Source: Octopus sinensis
Taxonomy: Eukaryota
Length of the DNA: 64,000 bases
Reading direction: 5' to 3'
Assembly: GCF_006345805.1 (NCBI RefSeq)
Contig: NW_021834409.1
Span: 1-64,000, forward strand
The position numbers and the translations under genes were made by a program. The notes below the pieces were generated by a model. The model had not been told where the DNA came from, ran no database searches, and saw only the letters and a program-made list of their open reading frames with translations. Positions 27,014-39,349 of the stretch are shown piece after piece. How positions within the stretch are numbered: position 1 is the stretch's first letter; every line of letters starts with the position of its first letter.

Positions 27014-28140
27014 TGTCACAGGCCTGAGTGGTTATACTTTCGGACTTAGAAAAAAATTCAAAAAAAATATTTGAATTCTATTTCAAAATTTATTTTGCCA
27101 AGATAAATTGTTGCGAGCGCAGTGAGCGATCGAGCACTGCGAGCGATCCATCAATGTCAATGATTGTCAAAAATAAAAATAATCTATTACATCAAAGTTA
27201 ACTAAGGTCAATTATTGACAATTAACAAAAGATAATTAACCATAATTTTAAGTCGAATTGAATTTCTTTAGTCGCCTTGAATGAACTTTCCTAATAGACC
27301 CAGCACTATCTTCGACTTGGACAAAATTGTTGGACAATTTTTTGACAATAGTTACTGGATCCCCATACGGATGTTCAAATTTCTTTAATAGAAGAGAAGG
27401 ATTCGTCCCATAATCTTTTTTTATACGAACCTTTAAGTAATTAAGAATGGAATACAATATCTCCAACATCTAACTCATATTTTGATCGATGGACTCCCAT
27501 CTTCCTATTCATTCTTCTATAATATGAAGACTGCAAATTCATCCTCTTAAAATTAAACTGGTACTCATCATCTTTACTAATAAATAACAATAAAAAACCT
27601 TTATTATAAATGTCAGGATTTTCTACAACTTCCAATTCTTCCATATCAAAACTTTTTGGATTTTCCTCAACACCTGATTCAACAACAGTGTTGAATCCAG
27701 GAATACCACGATATCTTTGGAATGGACTAACGCCTAGAAAATAAAAAAATGCAATTTACATGTGGATGAATGAGCTCTCTGATTGTATAAAAACACAGCC
27801 TTCCGAATGTGTTTTATCCACTCTTTTTTATCATCAGAAGCCATCAATTTGGATAAACTCCTTGTGATTGTCTGATTAAATCTTTCAACTATCCCCTGAC
27901 TCTGAGGATTGTTCGGCCTTCCATGTATTTGATTAATTTTGAATTCTTCACATAAATTTGAAATATGAATATTTTAAAATTCTGTCCCGTTATCAGACTG
28001 CAAATATCTGCAGGGGCCATAATCCATGAAAATGTCGTTTAATTTTTCAGCGACTTCAATTCCACTTTTATTTCTAAGATTCCTTGTGATGGCATATCTC
28101 GAATAGACGTCAATAACAGTCAACAACCAAGAAAATTGAT
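27014..28140 (-). mobile_element. Ginger-like integrase transposon, 3' portion
   Basis: LTVIDVYSRYA, QSDNGTEF, PQSQGIVERFN, HSST|(26-nt intron 27734-27759)|VSPF, then a GPY/F-like tail (PYGDPVTIV...VHSRRLKKF). TGTCAC terminus at 27014. No RT seen. Confidence 0.75.
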
Positions 28141-28149
28141 CATTATCAT

Positions 28150-28685
28150 TTACAAACCTTGGGAATAAGACAATTTTATACCTTTTTAGGTCAATCAGAT
28201 CAATCTGAAATCTCTCATTCGGTACATCCGCAAAAATATGACTTACGTCGTCATATTGTTTCAGTGGGACTGCAGACTGGCATATATATTATTCTAGGAA
28301 TCCTATCAATAGTTCCATATTTTTTGAATTTTCGAAGAAAATCTCCGATTGTCGATTTTGGAGTATTTAGATGATCTGCGATATCTTTTATCGTCCAATT
28401 TAACTCATAAAGAGCAAGAATCTTCCCTTTAATTATTTTATTTAACATTTGCTTATAAAACTAAAAATTCAACTACTAAAATATCACTCAATAATGCAAA
28501 CCGGTTTTTTATTCACACGCTAAAATTTAAATCTTCAAAATTTTAAACGATTAATGGAATTTTTTATAAATAAAAAAATTATAAATCTAATCAACTACAA
28601 AGAGTTCAATTCAGTTAAAAAAAATAAATGCCATCCGCCAAAAAAAGTTAGTAACTGCAAAACCGGTTTTTTTCTACCAGCACTA
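28150..28685 (-). mobile_element. 5' fragment of a Tc1-family transposon
   Basis: HTH ORF MLNKIIKGKILALY...KSTIGDFLRKFKKYGT. Repeated subterminal AACCGGTTTT motif. Confidence 0.7.
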
Positions 28686-28689
28686 TATA

Positions 28690-29165
28690 CTTGCGCCTCA
28701 TCCAGATCGTCCATATTTTTTTGAAAGAAACAACAGTCAACACTTTTTTTCGAGTAATGTCCTCCGAATCCCAAAAGATAAATCTATCTTTCTTACAAAT
28801 TCACTTCTGGCCTCGGCAGACTCACTATGGCCGGTCGAGTTTGGCGATTCAATTAGGAGAGGGAGTTTCTTTTGTTCTTTTGTCAATTTGTATATTTCTT
28901 TGTCAAAAGTCCTGTTGAATCTCCTTGGACGATTCCCATTACACTCTCAGCAGCCTTCTTTACTATGATCAAAACATGCTTTCATAATAGTCCGGGATAC
29001 ACATTCGAGTCAATATTGTCCAACAATTTAAGTATTTTCTCATTGTACCTTATACGTGTGTGATCTAAAACACATAAGCTCTCCACTGCCAAGTTCCTGC
29101 CCTGTGTACGAGCTGCAAGTACTCGGGAGATTCCAAAGCGTCGTTTTAAAATGAGGCGTGCCATC
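28690..29165 (-). mobile_element. Decayed RTE-like RT remnant
   Basis: GIVQGDST and WDSEDITRKKVL, homologous to the other RTE copies. Confidence 0.6.
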
Positions 29166-29544
29166 GAGGTAATGATGTCACTGTACGTACGGGAGTAAAT
29201 TTAACTAAAACGAAAATAATTAATAAAAGTTTGCGACTTTTTTTGTTCTGATTTTGGATAAAGTTTAAAATGGTCACGTCCAAACACAAATCCTATGTAA
29301 CGAATATGCCCAAGGGAATCCCCACAGCACGGACTGAGCGATTTACGCGAGGATTTTCCCATATTATATCTGCATATGTAATACTACAGTTTATATAATA
29401 TCTCTCCATAGGATAGTTCATCAACTAAATTAAATTTCAAAAAAAGATTTAAAAAGTGGATATTAAAAAAATCAAATCAAAAAATTTCAAATGTGAAGGA
29501 TGCAGATTAGAGAAGTAAAATCCATAAATATCTCAAAAATGATG

Positions 29545-29650
29545 CACACTCGGGAGGTGGACTGGCTTTTCAGCGGTTCTCGAACGCCGTTCTCAGAAAG
29601 AACAGTTTGGCGATCCGTCAGGGCGCTGGTTCTTCTTTCGGCTAAAAGAA
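29545..29650 (+). mobile_element. Very short CRE-like 3' remnant
   Basis: actcgggaggtggactggcttttcagcgg... encodes the end of the RLE domain (RE..WLFQR). Confidence 0.55.
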
Positions 29651-29762
29651 TAATTAATTATCCATCGGATTAATCCTCTTTGCGGAAAAAAATTATTTTT
29701 TTATTAATCGATCAAACTGAAATTGTAATTCTTTCAAACAGTAATGGTATTAAAAAACGATG

Positions 29763-29970
29763 TAAAATCGAAAAAACTCAAGAAAGATTTCGGAAAGAAC
29801 CGAATGAAAATCTATCCATCGCCTCATTTAAGAAATCTTGGGAAGGAACCGTGGGCCTACATGCCCTAAAACTCAACCACCGCGGCCTCATAGAAATTGT
29901 GTCAGGACTAGGAAGCAGCACCGAGCAAAGATGAGGACCCTCTTCAGAGAAGCCGGGATCACCTGATTAA
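29763..29970 (+). mobile_element. 3' remnant of the same LINE family as 18012-21870
   Basis: Shares KIEKTQ.RFRK and the 3' end gaggaccct.ttcagagaagccgggatcacctgattaat. Spans the empty site of the 20354 Tc1 insertion. Confidence 0.8.
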
Positions 29971-30450
29971 TGATCTTGATTTTAATAATAAAAAATGTTT
30001 TGTTTCTTGAAAGAGAGTTATTTTCAATTCTACTTTGATCTCATTTCTCATAAACAGACTGAAATTGGAGACTGTCATCTTTGAAGTTTTATCCACAACC
30101 TTTCATCGTGATTAAAGTGATATTTAAGAATATTCCACGTGTCAGTTGATAAAAATGTTTCATATGGTGGCTTAGGATTTCTTAATTTTGTTTTAGAATC
30201 CTACAAGTTTCACAAGAATTGTTTTGTTTTTATAGGAAAAGTGATAAAAGATTAATCGAAGAGAAGGCCAGCAGCTTGGCGGATCGGCAAACTGCTCCCC
30301 CGGATAACTGCGACCGAGAATTGTAGTGACAATTCTCTATTTGGAAAGAATTTCTCTTGCTTCAGATACAAGAGTAACTTTTGCTCGGAATACTCCCAAC
30401 GAACACTGTGATGAATTTTTTGTATTAAAATATCAGATAATGATTATAAC

Positions 30451-30830
30451 TAGGGCAGTCAAACGCTATAAAATGCAATTAAATATAATTTAATAAAAAT
30501 ACTATAAATAATAAATATGATAATAATAAAATTATTTTGTTATATTTTTTATTTTTTTTCATTGAAATAGATTATTTTTAGCGTGTTTTTTTTATAATTC
30601 TTGTTATGAAAAAGAAAACAGTATCTCAGAAGGCTCGATTTTTTGCCAAAAAATTTCCCGAATTTGTTATTAATCCGGAAGGGAAATTATTTTGTTCTTA
30701 TTGTTCTACAATCGTAAGATGCGATAAGAAATTTTCTGTTGACGCCCATCGTTTATCAAAAAAACACGTTCAAACACAAAGTATATGAAAAATATAACTT
30801 TAGATTCTATTCATTCATCCCAAAATGTAC
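30451..30830 (+). mobile_element. 5' fragment of a CGGBP1-type hAT element
   Basis: TAGGGC terminus at 30451. ORF 30606-30788 with LFCSYC...HRLSKKH, homologous to 10205-10414. Confidence 0.7.
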
Positions 30831-30849
30831 AGAAATTTATTTCTAGTAA

Positions 30850-30940
30850 ACATAATTGCCAGCAAAAACCGGTGACAAAAATATATTATTTTTGATTGGC
30901 CATCGCAATCACCGGATCTTAACCCAATAGAGCATGTACA
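30850..30940 (+). mobile_element. Tc1 DDE fragment
   Basis: FDWPSQSPDLNPIEHV. Confidence 0.7.
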
Positions 30941-31821
30941 CCCCTCGACAAAAAAAATGATTCAAAATTCATATTTAGTTTTTCTTTGAAAATCCTATAA
31001 ATATTCTAATTTCAAAAAATTTAGTAGATTAGTTGTAATTATTATTTAATTTTAATAAAATATTTGTTAATTACATTAATTTGGAAAAATTAAAGCATCA
31101 GAGTTCTTTATGACCACTGGGATCGTTTAACTAGTTTGCTTAAAGTCTTCATTCTTTGTGGTCTTAGGGCTAATAAACAAAATCAATCGATTTTTTTTTG
31201 ATTAAAATCAAATGATTTAAATCTAACAACCATGCTTGAGGTACTCCATTTGGTGAAAGCCTTGAGATCGATCATTTTTACAGACCCGTTTGAATTCATG
31301 AATGGCTTAAATTCAAATAATTAAATGCTAATAATAATTAAAGCATGCGACCACAAAGACCACAAACAGTAAATATTAATTAAAAAAAATTAGACTAGAT
31401 TTTTCCCCGTATACTGAGTTACAAAAAGCTATGCAGTTATGATGAAGCTCTATTCCAAACGTTTCTAAAATATCTATTCGAACGTTTATGTAAATCAGTT
31501 GATAGGAAAAATGTTTTATTATTATTATCAGCACTGCCGAGAACACATATAAAAAACAAAAATCATTTAAGGTTCCCTCGTGCCGCACCGACCACACTTT
31601 CCACCAATCCTATCCATAGGTCTCTCCCTTTCGCAAGATCTCTTAGTTCATCTAGGTTACCAATTGTTTACAACTGCCTGCTTATTGCATATTTGAAAAC
31701 GTTTTAATTTTGGACTTATTTTTATAATCTTAATATTAAAATGGTATGGTGTGTGTCTGTCTGTGTGTCTGTCTGTCTGTCTGTCTGTCTGTGTGTGCAC
31801 ACCAACTTCAAATTGGCAATA

Positions 31822-32910
31822 CGATGTCCTCGACTTACATGATGAGGTCCTTAAAACCTTCCCCCAAAAAAAATAAAAAAAAATTTTCTGCATTTTGGTT
31901 AAAATGAACAACTACAATGTCCTCGACTTACATGATGAAGTCCTTAAACCTTACCCCCCCCCCCCAAAAAAATTAAAAAAAAATTTTCTGCATTTTGGTT
32001 AAAATGAACAACTACAATGTCCTCGACTTACATGATGAAGTCCTTAAAACCTTCCCCCCAAAAAAATTAAAAAAAAATTTTCTGCATTTTGGTTAAAATG
32101 AACAACTACAATGTCCTCGACTTACATGATGAAGTCCTTAAAACCTTCCCCCCCAAAAAAAATTAAAAAAAATTTTCTGCATTTTGGTTAAAATGAACAA
32201 CTACAATGTCCTCGACTTACATGATGAAGTCCTTAAAACCTTCCCTCCCAAAAAAATTAAAAAAAAATTTTCTGCATTTTGGTTAAAATGAACAACTACA
32301 ATGTCCTCGACTTACATGATGAGTCCGTAAAAACTCCTTCCCCCCCAAAAAAAATTAAAAAAAATTTTCTGCATTTTGGTTAAAATGAAAACTACAATGT
32401 CCTCGACTTACATGATGAAGTCCTTAAAACCTTCCCCCCCAAAAAAATTAAAAAAAAATTTTCTGCATTTTGGTTAAAATGAACAACTACAATGTCCTCG
32501 ACTTACATGATGAAGTCCTTAAAACCTTCCCCCCAAAAAAATTAAAAAAAAATTTTCTGCATTTTGGTTAAAATGAACAACTACAATGTCCTCGACTTAC
32601 ATGATGAAGTCTTAAAACCTTCCCCCCAAAAAAATTAAAAAAAAATTTTCTGCATTTTGGTTAAAATGAACAACTACAATGTCCTCGACTTACATGATGA
32701 AGTCCTTAAAACCTTCCCTCCCAAAAAAAATTAAAAAAAAATTTTCTGCATTTTGGTTAAAATGAACAACTACAATGTCCTCGACTTACATGATGAAGTC
32801 CTTAAAACCTTCCCCCCAAAAAATCAAAAAATTATTTTCTGCATTTTGATTAAAATGAACAACGCGAATGTCCTCGACATTCATGATGAGGTCCATTAAA
32901 CCTTCAAGGC
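31822..32910. repeat. Minisatellite, about 11.5 copies of a 93-100 bp unit
   Basis: tgtcctcgacttacatgatgaagtcctt recurs 12 times. Units differ mainly in C-run and A-run lengths. Confidence 0.95.
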
Positions 32911-33125
32911 AAAAATCTCACGTATTAAGAATATCCTTGATGAAAACGACAGCGAGAATATTAACAATGATGAACTCCCAATTATTCGCGATAAAGAAAT
33001 TCAATTCATCCTATGTTTTTCTCTTTAAAATTAAATGCATATATCATTATCGACCATGAATCAAAATTAAAGCTATTATCATATTTGACTTTGACAGAAT
33101 GTGCAATCACAGATTGCACGACTTT

Positions 33126-33318
33126 GAATAGAGTGTGCAATTAACAGATTTTGAAAAACCTTTGATAGTTGAAACCACATTAGCACAATCATTAACACAA
33201 TTTACCACCAATTGACGCACGACCTTGAATAGAGTGTGCAATTAACAGATTTTGAAAAACACTTTGATAGTTGAAACCACATTAGCACAACCATTAACAC
33301 AATTTACCACCAATTGAC
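33126..33318. repeat. Two tandem copies of a unit of about 100 bp
   Basis: gaatagagtgtgcaattaacagattttgaaaaac...caccaattgac repeated. Preceded by the perfect hairpin gtgcaatc-aca-gattgcac at 33101-33119. Confidence 0.85.
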
Positions 33319-34109
33319 AGCGCAATCAGAAGAATTTGCGTAAAAATATTAACTATTTACTTGAGTTTTTCGTAAAGATAGAATTTATTTTCGGTATGCC
33401 TCTTTTCCTAAACTTTTTTATTATTCAAAAATAATTTTTAAATAGATAACCGAAGGAGGAAAAACGAAGCTGAAGAAAAAACGGTCAGCTTAATAAGGTA
33501 ATTAATTAAATCTTTTTGTGTGTTGCTTTCTTGCCTGCCGCATCTCCCCCTGCCCCATTTCCGCCAGTAAAAAACAAAAAAATAAAAAAAGAAAAAAAAG
33601 GAAATTACAAAGGAAAAATGAAAAAATTAATATAAAAAAAATAGACCACAAAAAATGAAAAAAAAAGTTTGCAATGACAATAAACAAGGCCCAGGGACAG
33701 TCATTAAAGGTAGTTGGGTTATTTTTAGAGAGTGAGTGCTTTTCACATGGACAGCTGTATGTGGGATGCTCGAGGGTAGGCAGAAGAGAAAATTTATTCA
33801 TATATGCCAGAAGGAAGGACGGACGACAAACATCGTTTATCAACAGGCGATAGAATAGGGTTACATTAAACCAGGTAGTTTTATACATCTACATAAACTT
33901 ATAGTTGTTTGATGAAACAGGCCCTCCGCAGGAGCTAGGTCGCGGTGAGCGAAGCGAGCTGCCGAGCTAGTATATTTATAAAACAAAATTATTCATTTTT
34001 TAATGGAAAACCTTCAAATATTTAAGAAATGTAGTAAATTTTTATATTATTGTTTCGATTATATTGTTAGCATTCTCATTTCATTTCGGAATTAATCTTA
34101 CTTGCATAA

Positions 34110-34305
34110 ATGGAGCCGTACGCAGCACAAATAATAGAAATCACTGACGACACACATTCAAACTAAATGAACCTTTGCTACAAAAAATTCTTATGGCAAA
34201 AAATGTCATTGACAAAAAAGTCATGGTTCTTTCAGTTGTCGGCGCTTACAGACAAGGAAAATCGTTTCTCCTTAATTTTTTCCTCAAATATCTCTCCGCA
34301 AAAGT
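34110..34305 (+). pseudogene. ATL: Isolated first exon of an atlastin (GB1/RHD3 GTPase) gene
   Basis: KVMVLSVVGAYRQGKSFLLNFFLKYL (P-loop). ATG at 34110 is out of frame by one base. Ends at a GT donor; no downstream exons found. Confidence 0.72.
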
Positions 34306-34398
34306 ACTCTCAGCTTAAGATGAGACCATAGGACAAAAAAAATTGGTTCCATAAATGTCGTGTATTTGCAAACGTGCCGTCATTATTACCAATTACGG

Positions 34399-35560
34399 AT
34401 GTTTGATGAAGAGATTATTCAAACCATACAACTGTAATGGCCATAAGATATGCTGAAGGTATTGTCGTAGCTGTTGACAGCCGAATAACTCAGCCGGCCT
34501 TTAATTTATTTAACCTCATTCCCCATGAAATCAAGAGGAATTCTGCACGAAGAAAACCGACAGTTCTCTTATGGTCACACCATCAGTTAAAGAGTGAGTT
34601 AATCTCATATTATCTTCTTATAGCGGTGAGATTTTTGCAATCCAGGACGATGTGTGTGTGTCGTCGTCATGGGTGATTTGTATTCGATTGAAGCACACTA
34701 GCGGTGCATTTCTTGTGGTGTCCATTTCTTTTTGAAACTTAACCAAATATAAGAGCTATTCATCTGGTCTACGTGGCCGCTCTAATGGAGTCACCAAATC
34801 TGTATTTACATAAAAATCGCCCCACAATAGTCTCCCGGGGCAACACTCCTACGGCTACAAAGCCGGCAGATCCAAAACAATCACACCATTTCCAATCCAA
34901 AGCGTCGGAATAAGATAAATATTCTCCAATTGAACATCAACGGAATCCAAAACAAATTCATAGAACTCAAACACTTTATTATCTCAAACAATACCGATAT
35001 TGATTAAATGAAAAACACAAAATGCCGGCCTTTAAACTAATGTATACTATTTACTCAATTTAGGTTTTGACACAGAAAAAAAATATATCAGTTATCAAAA
35101 AATTCGGTGATGGCATACAGTGGGTCGGTAAAAGTTGCGAAAAATCTTGTAGAACTCAAAGAGTATACGTAATTCTTAATATTTTCAACATTTAGAGATT
35201 CTTCGAGAGTGGATCACGTGACTATGGAAGAGGTAATTCATGATTTTTTAAAACTTCTAAAAATTCGATGCGGATATATTGTAAATCGATAAATATTTAC
35301 CAAATATGTTTCGACGGCATGATCGATTATATTTCAATAATCAATCGTGAAATGCTTGCTCCATGTTATAAAGAAATATCACCAATTGGTTCAGGATCTC
35401 GCCAGGCATTAAATCATGAAAAAATAATTTTCATGTAAAATAATTTTAGTAATGAAACACCCCACAAAAGAAGAAGTAATGAAATTGGCAAATGACGCTA
35501 TTAAATGCGCCAAGTCATCTGACAAATAAAACTGGAGGACCAATTTTTAGTTTATTTTCC
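34399..35560 (+). pseudogene. Disrupted, divergent proteasome beta-type subunit gene
   Basis: TTVMAIRYAEGIVVAVDSRIT; later IGSGSRQAL and TKEEVMKLANDAIKCAKSSD..GGP. Frameshifts present; a LINE APE scrap (INILQLNING) lies near 34915-35005. Confidence 0.65.
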
Positions 35561-36708
35561 AATAAATTATTAGTCATCTCTCTCCATTAATGGTTAGGTT
35601 AGCATTCTCCTTGTAGGACTATTAATTTATTATTTTTGAGATGGGGAAAAATTAAGATGCAATATTAAGTCATTAATCGACTAAGAAATAAAAAAGGAAT
35701 TCATAAACAATTGATTTGGCGTAAATCCAATCAGGCGTATAAAGTAAAGTTTTTGGAATGGTCAAGTCAATCAACAGACCTCAATCCAATCAAATATTCA
35801 TGGAAAATAAAATACTAAAGGAGACAGATTAAATGGTAAAAATAAAAAGATATAAATGATGAAGGTGAAAAAACGATTAAATTATTGTCAAAATAAAACC
35901 AATTCAATTACAGAATATCCTAGATTATAAGAACTTCTGTAAATCAACAATATATTTAATCAATTTTAAACACAAAATAAAGATTGAATCATCAATAAAA
36001 AAATATGATTAACAAAACAATCACCAACAACAAAAAGAATTAAGGATTCTTGGTAATTATTTAATACATTAGGTTTTCCAAATAAAATTAATTTTAATAA
36101 TGACTAATGTTTAATAATTTAATACAAATCAAGATATTAATTGTCACAGGTTGGATAATGCCCTGGGTTAGATAATACCCCCTTGAAATTTTTTTTTAGT
36201 TCTTAATATATTTCAAATCAAAGAGAAATAGTCATTGGCAGATAGCCAGAGTATTGCCTCTGACTATTGCTATAGATATTCTTTCGATTAAATACCGGTG
36301 CTCACACGGGTCGCCGGTAACCCTTTCGATTAATGAGGCAATGCGCTGGAGTAGGGTCCGAGTAGAAGGCCCCTGTATTCCTGACGTCTCAATGAATGAT
36401 TAGAGACATTTTTATAAGTGTTTAAAAATACAAATGATTTTAATTATATTAATAGTCATTTTATTGTTTCTTGCTAAATGACACTTTATTCATCGAATAT
36501 ATCATTCGTTTATTTGTATTTTTAGTTTATTTTTAATGCTAAAATTATAGCATAAAGTTTTGTATTTATTTATTACATTTTTCTCCGCTATTTTTGCGTT
36601 ATTGCGCATAGTTTATAAGATTTAACTAATGCATTTTATCAAATATGACTTTTATTGGTTGGAAATTTTTGTTTACAATAGCGGAATTACATAAAATCTA
36701 AAGCTCTT

Positions 36709-36861
36709 TATATAGGAAATTTTAATGCAATTTTATGTAAAATTTGTGGTGACCGTTCATCTGGAGTTCATTACGGAGTCGCAACATGTGAAGGTTGCAA
36801 GGTACTTTGTAGATTAACGTTTCCTTGCATTTAGTCTTTTTTCCGCAGGACATTGGAGTGA
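36709..36861 (+). pseudogene. Nuclear hormone receptor DNA-binding domain, first zinc finger only
   Basis: [22 protein letters not shown]|SFFRRTLE*, with a 33-nt intron (36802-36834) at the conserved post-P-box position. Second finger not found. Confidence 0.8.
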
Positions 36862-37249
36862 CCCTGGTAATCATTCGAGTCCATTTTAGGTGGAACTGGC
36901 CAATTGCAGTCATCCGTTTATTGGCTTTTGTTCTTATATTGAATTCAACTTTTATTTCAAAGAAAATGAGGATTTTTCCAAAATTCTTGTAGTTCAGTCA
37001 GGAGATGAGGTTTTGGAGCATTTTGTTGATATTTGGTTTTTTGTTGTATTTTTATTTTTAGTACAAAGTGCGACGTGAATTTAGAGCCGGACTTTGTGAA
37101 TTGGAGATTTTAAATTGAGAGAAATTTAAATTAAGAGCGACGAGTTTGTAACTTGCAGTGGTGACTCGGAGACCAGGAGAAACACTGTCAGGTCGTGGAT
37201 AACTTCGGAAGTAGTTTTTGATTAACTTTCGAGAGTTATATGTTGTGTT

Positions 37250-37540
37250 GAGATTAAATAAATGCATTGGATGAAGATTAAATAAACGATGAAATGAATT
37301 CAAATTAACTTGCAAAATAAAATTTATCCATGATATTTACCAGTAATCAAATTTAATAAATCTTCAAACAATTTAAAAAATAGAATAAAAATAAAATATT
37401 AATATAAAAAAGATTGAAATAAGAAATAAAAATTAACACAAAAAGCACAACACAAGAAAAGAAAATAACATGCGTGACACGTAATAATTTATTGTAGTTA
37501 ATTCGATAATTTAAAACTTTTAAAAATTAAATAAATAACA
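37250..37540. repeat. Dispersed AT-rich repeat, homologous to 48620-48900
   Basis: Shared gaagattaaataa...ttgcaaaataaa...gatatttaccagtaatca...cacaagaaaa...aattcgataa. Possibly the 5' UTR of a minus-strand retroelement. Confidence 0.6.
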
Positions 37541-37952
37541 TTTAATAATGTGATTCTGTTTGAATTCAGCTAGGAACAAAAATTCAGGTGGTTTATATTA
37601 ATGGAGAGTAGGTATCTGATATATTTTCATCAAATAAAACAAAAAATAAAATTTTCTAAACATTATCCTTTCAATCTACTTTTGAAAAAATGACAGAATC
37701 TCTTACCATATGGAGTGAATCAAAAAAAGTTGTTTAAGTTTGTAGAACACATAAGCGAAAATTATTTACAAGTCTTTTATCTATGACAAGATGATTATAA
37801 TCAAAAAAGTTGCCAAAATTTGTCATTAACCACTCATATGTATTACTAAATCGAACAGCAGATCATCAGTAATTGAATACTAAGAACAATACCAGACACA
37901 AAAACTTCGCAGAAATACAGAGGAAATTTTAATGGAAAAAAATCTATAAATG

Positions 37953-38311
37953 GGATGCAACTTGCTCAGATACTTTTTCCGAACAAAATCTTCCTCCCTC
38001 AGCTGTCGCAGTTGGCCCTGCTTCTTGCAGAGCAGAAGAATTAAAGATTTCAAAGTACACCAATCTCTCGGAACGCTATCTGTTTACCCCGATCGCCGTG
38101 GAGACCTCTGGCGTAATCGGTGACAGGTCACTCATTTTCCTCAAAAAGCTGGGTCGTCTGATTTCTGGCAAGAAAAACGACACGCGTGAGTGTGGATGGC
38201 TCCTTCAGAGGATTTTCCTTGCCATTGTACGTCGAAAATGTTTCTCCATCTACGAGTCCTCTTGTTAACTCTCTTTTCTCTCTGTTTTCTTTTAAGAAAT
38301 AAATTGTATAT
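37953..38311 (+). mobile_element. 5'-truncated CRE-like copy
   Basis: RLE end (PIAVETSG...WLLQRIFLAIVR). 16-bp TSD AAAAAATCTATAAATG at 37937-37952 and 38312-38327. Confidence 0.88.
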
Positions 38312-39349
38312 AAAAAATCTATAAATGAACTAGAAATAAAACACAAAACAAAATTAGAATAATAAAACGAGAATTATTACTTTTTTACTTTTTTTAATTG
38401 TCAAAATTGTTTAATTGATTTTTAGATTTAACTGATTATATTTTTGATAAAATTTTGAACTTAGTTTATTTGATAATATCAATTTGTTTTTTAAGCTTTG
38501 ACTAATGATATTTATAGCTTTTAATTAGTTTATTCTCATTTTTTAAATAATAACAAACAAGGTTGTAACATTAAATTAAAAAACGCTCTTAGAAGCGTTC
38601 TCAATAAAAATAGCCAGTGATGTCTTTTGTAAGAGAAAATAAATAAATAAATTTATACAGTCGAACCTTGCCCCAACAAAAACCCCGCCTTGGGGCACAA
38701 TCGATTTTTGGGGCGATTTTATTTTTTAATACATTTTTCATCAATAATTTCCAAATTTGGAAATTATCAAAACCCCACTATGGGGCACTTAACTAATTTA
38801 TTTTAATATGTGACATGGTTTGCGTGATGCCTATGGGCCGCGTGATACCTGACATGACCTTGAAGGTTAACTTAATGTCAATATTATATTGTAATTAATA
38901 TTAAACTTCAAAGAATAATAACTTGTTAATTATTTTTTAAGTCTGGACATTGGCACAATCGAAATTTCGCTCATCGAATTTTTTATCTATTAAATTTAAA
39001 TGTTTAAACTACCTCAACGCGATTGTTTGATAAAATACTGATAATTCCTCACAAAGATTGGTCATTTCACGATTCTTGAATTCAGTCCCATTATCGGACT
39101 GAAGAAATTGACACGGACAATTTAAGAAAAATAATGATATGAGGTTTTTACAAACTTCATTTGAGGACTTAGTGTAGAGCGGCCTCGCAAATGCAAATCT
39201 ATAAAAATTGTTAAAAAACTAACCTGCTATATACGTCAATGACCGTTAAAATCCATTTAAAATTTTTATTTATAGTAGAAAAACTTTTCAGATCTATAAG
39301 ATCTATCTGAAATCTTTCATTTGGGCAAGATGCAAAGACATGGTTATTT

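Larger units (their letters stand above)
31728..33970 (+). mobile_element. Non-autonomous Helitron
   Basis: Inserted between A and T. 5' TC followed by a (CTGT)n tract. 3' GC-rich hairpin-like cgcggtgagcgaagcgagctgccg followed by CTAG at 33967-33970. No transposase. Confidence 0.72.

Noticed and set aside
27014-28140. Ty3/gypsy LTR retrotransposon
   Set aside because: No gag, protease, RT or direct LTR pair. The integrase contains an intron and a sister element has TIRs.
31822-32910. Possible CRISPR array
   Set aside because: Units repeat along their whole length with no unique spacers, there are no cas genes, and the context is eukaryotic.
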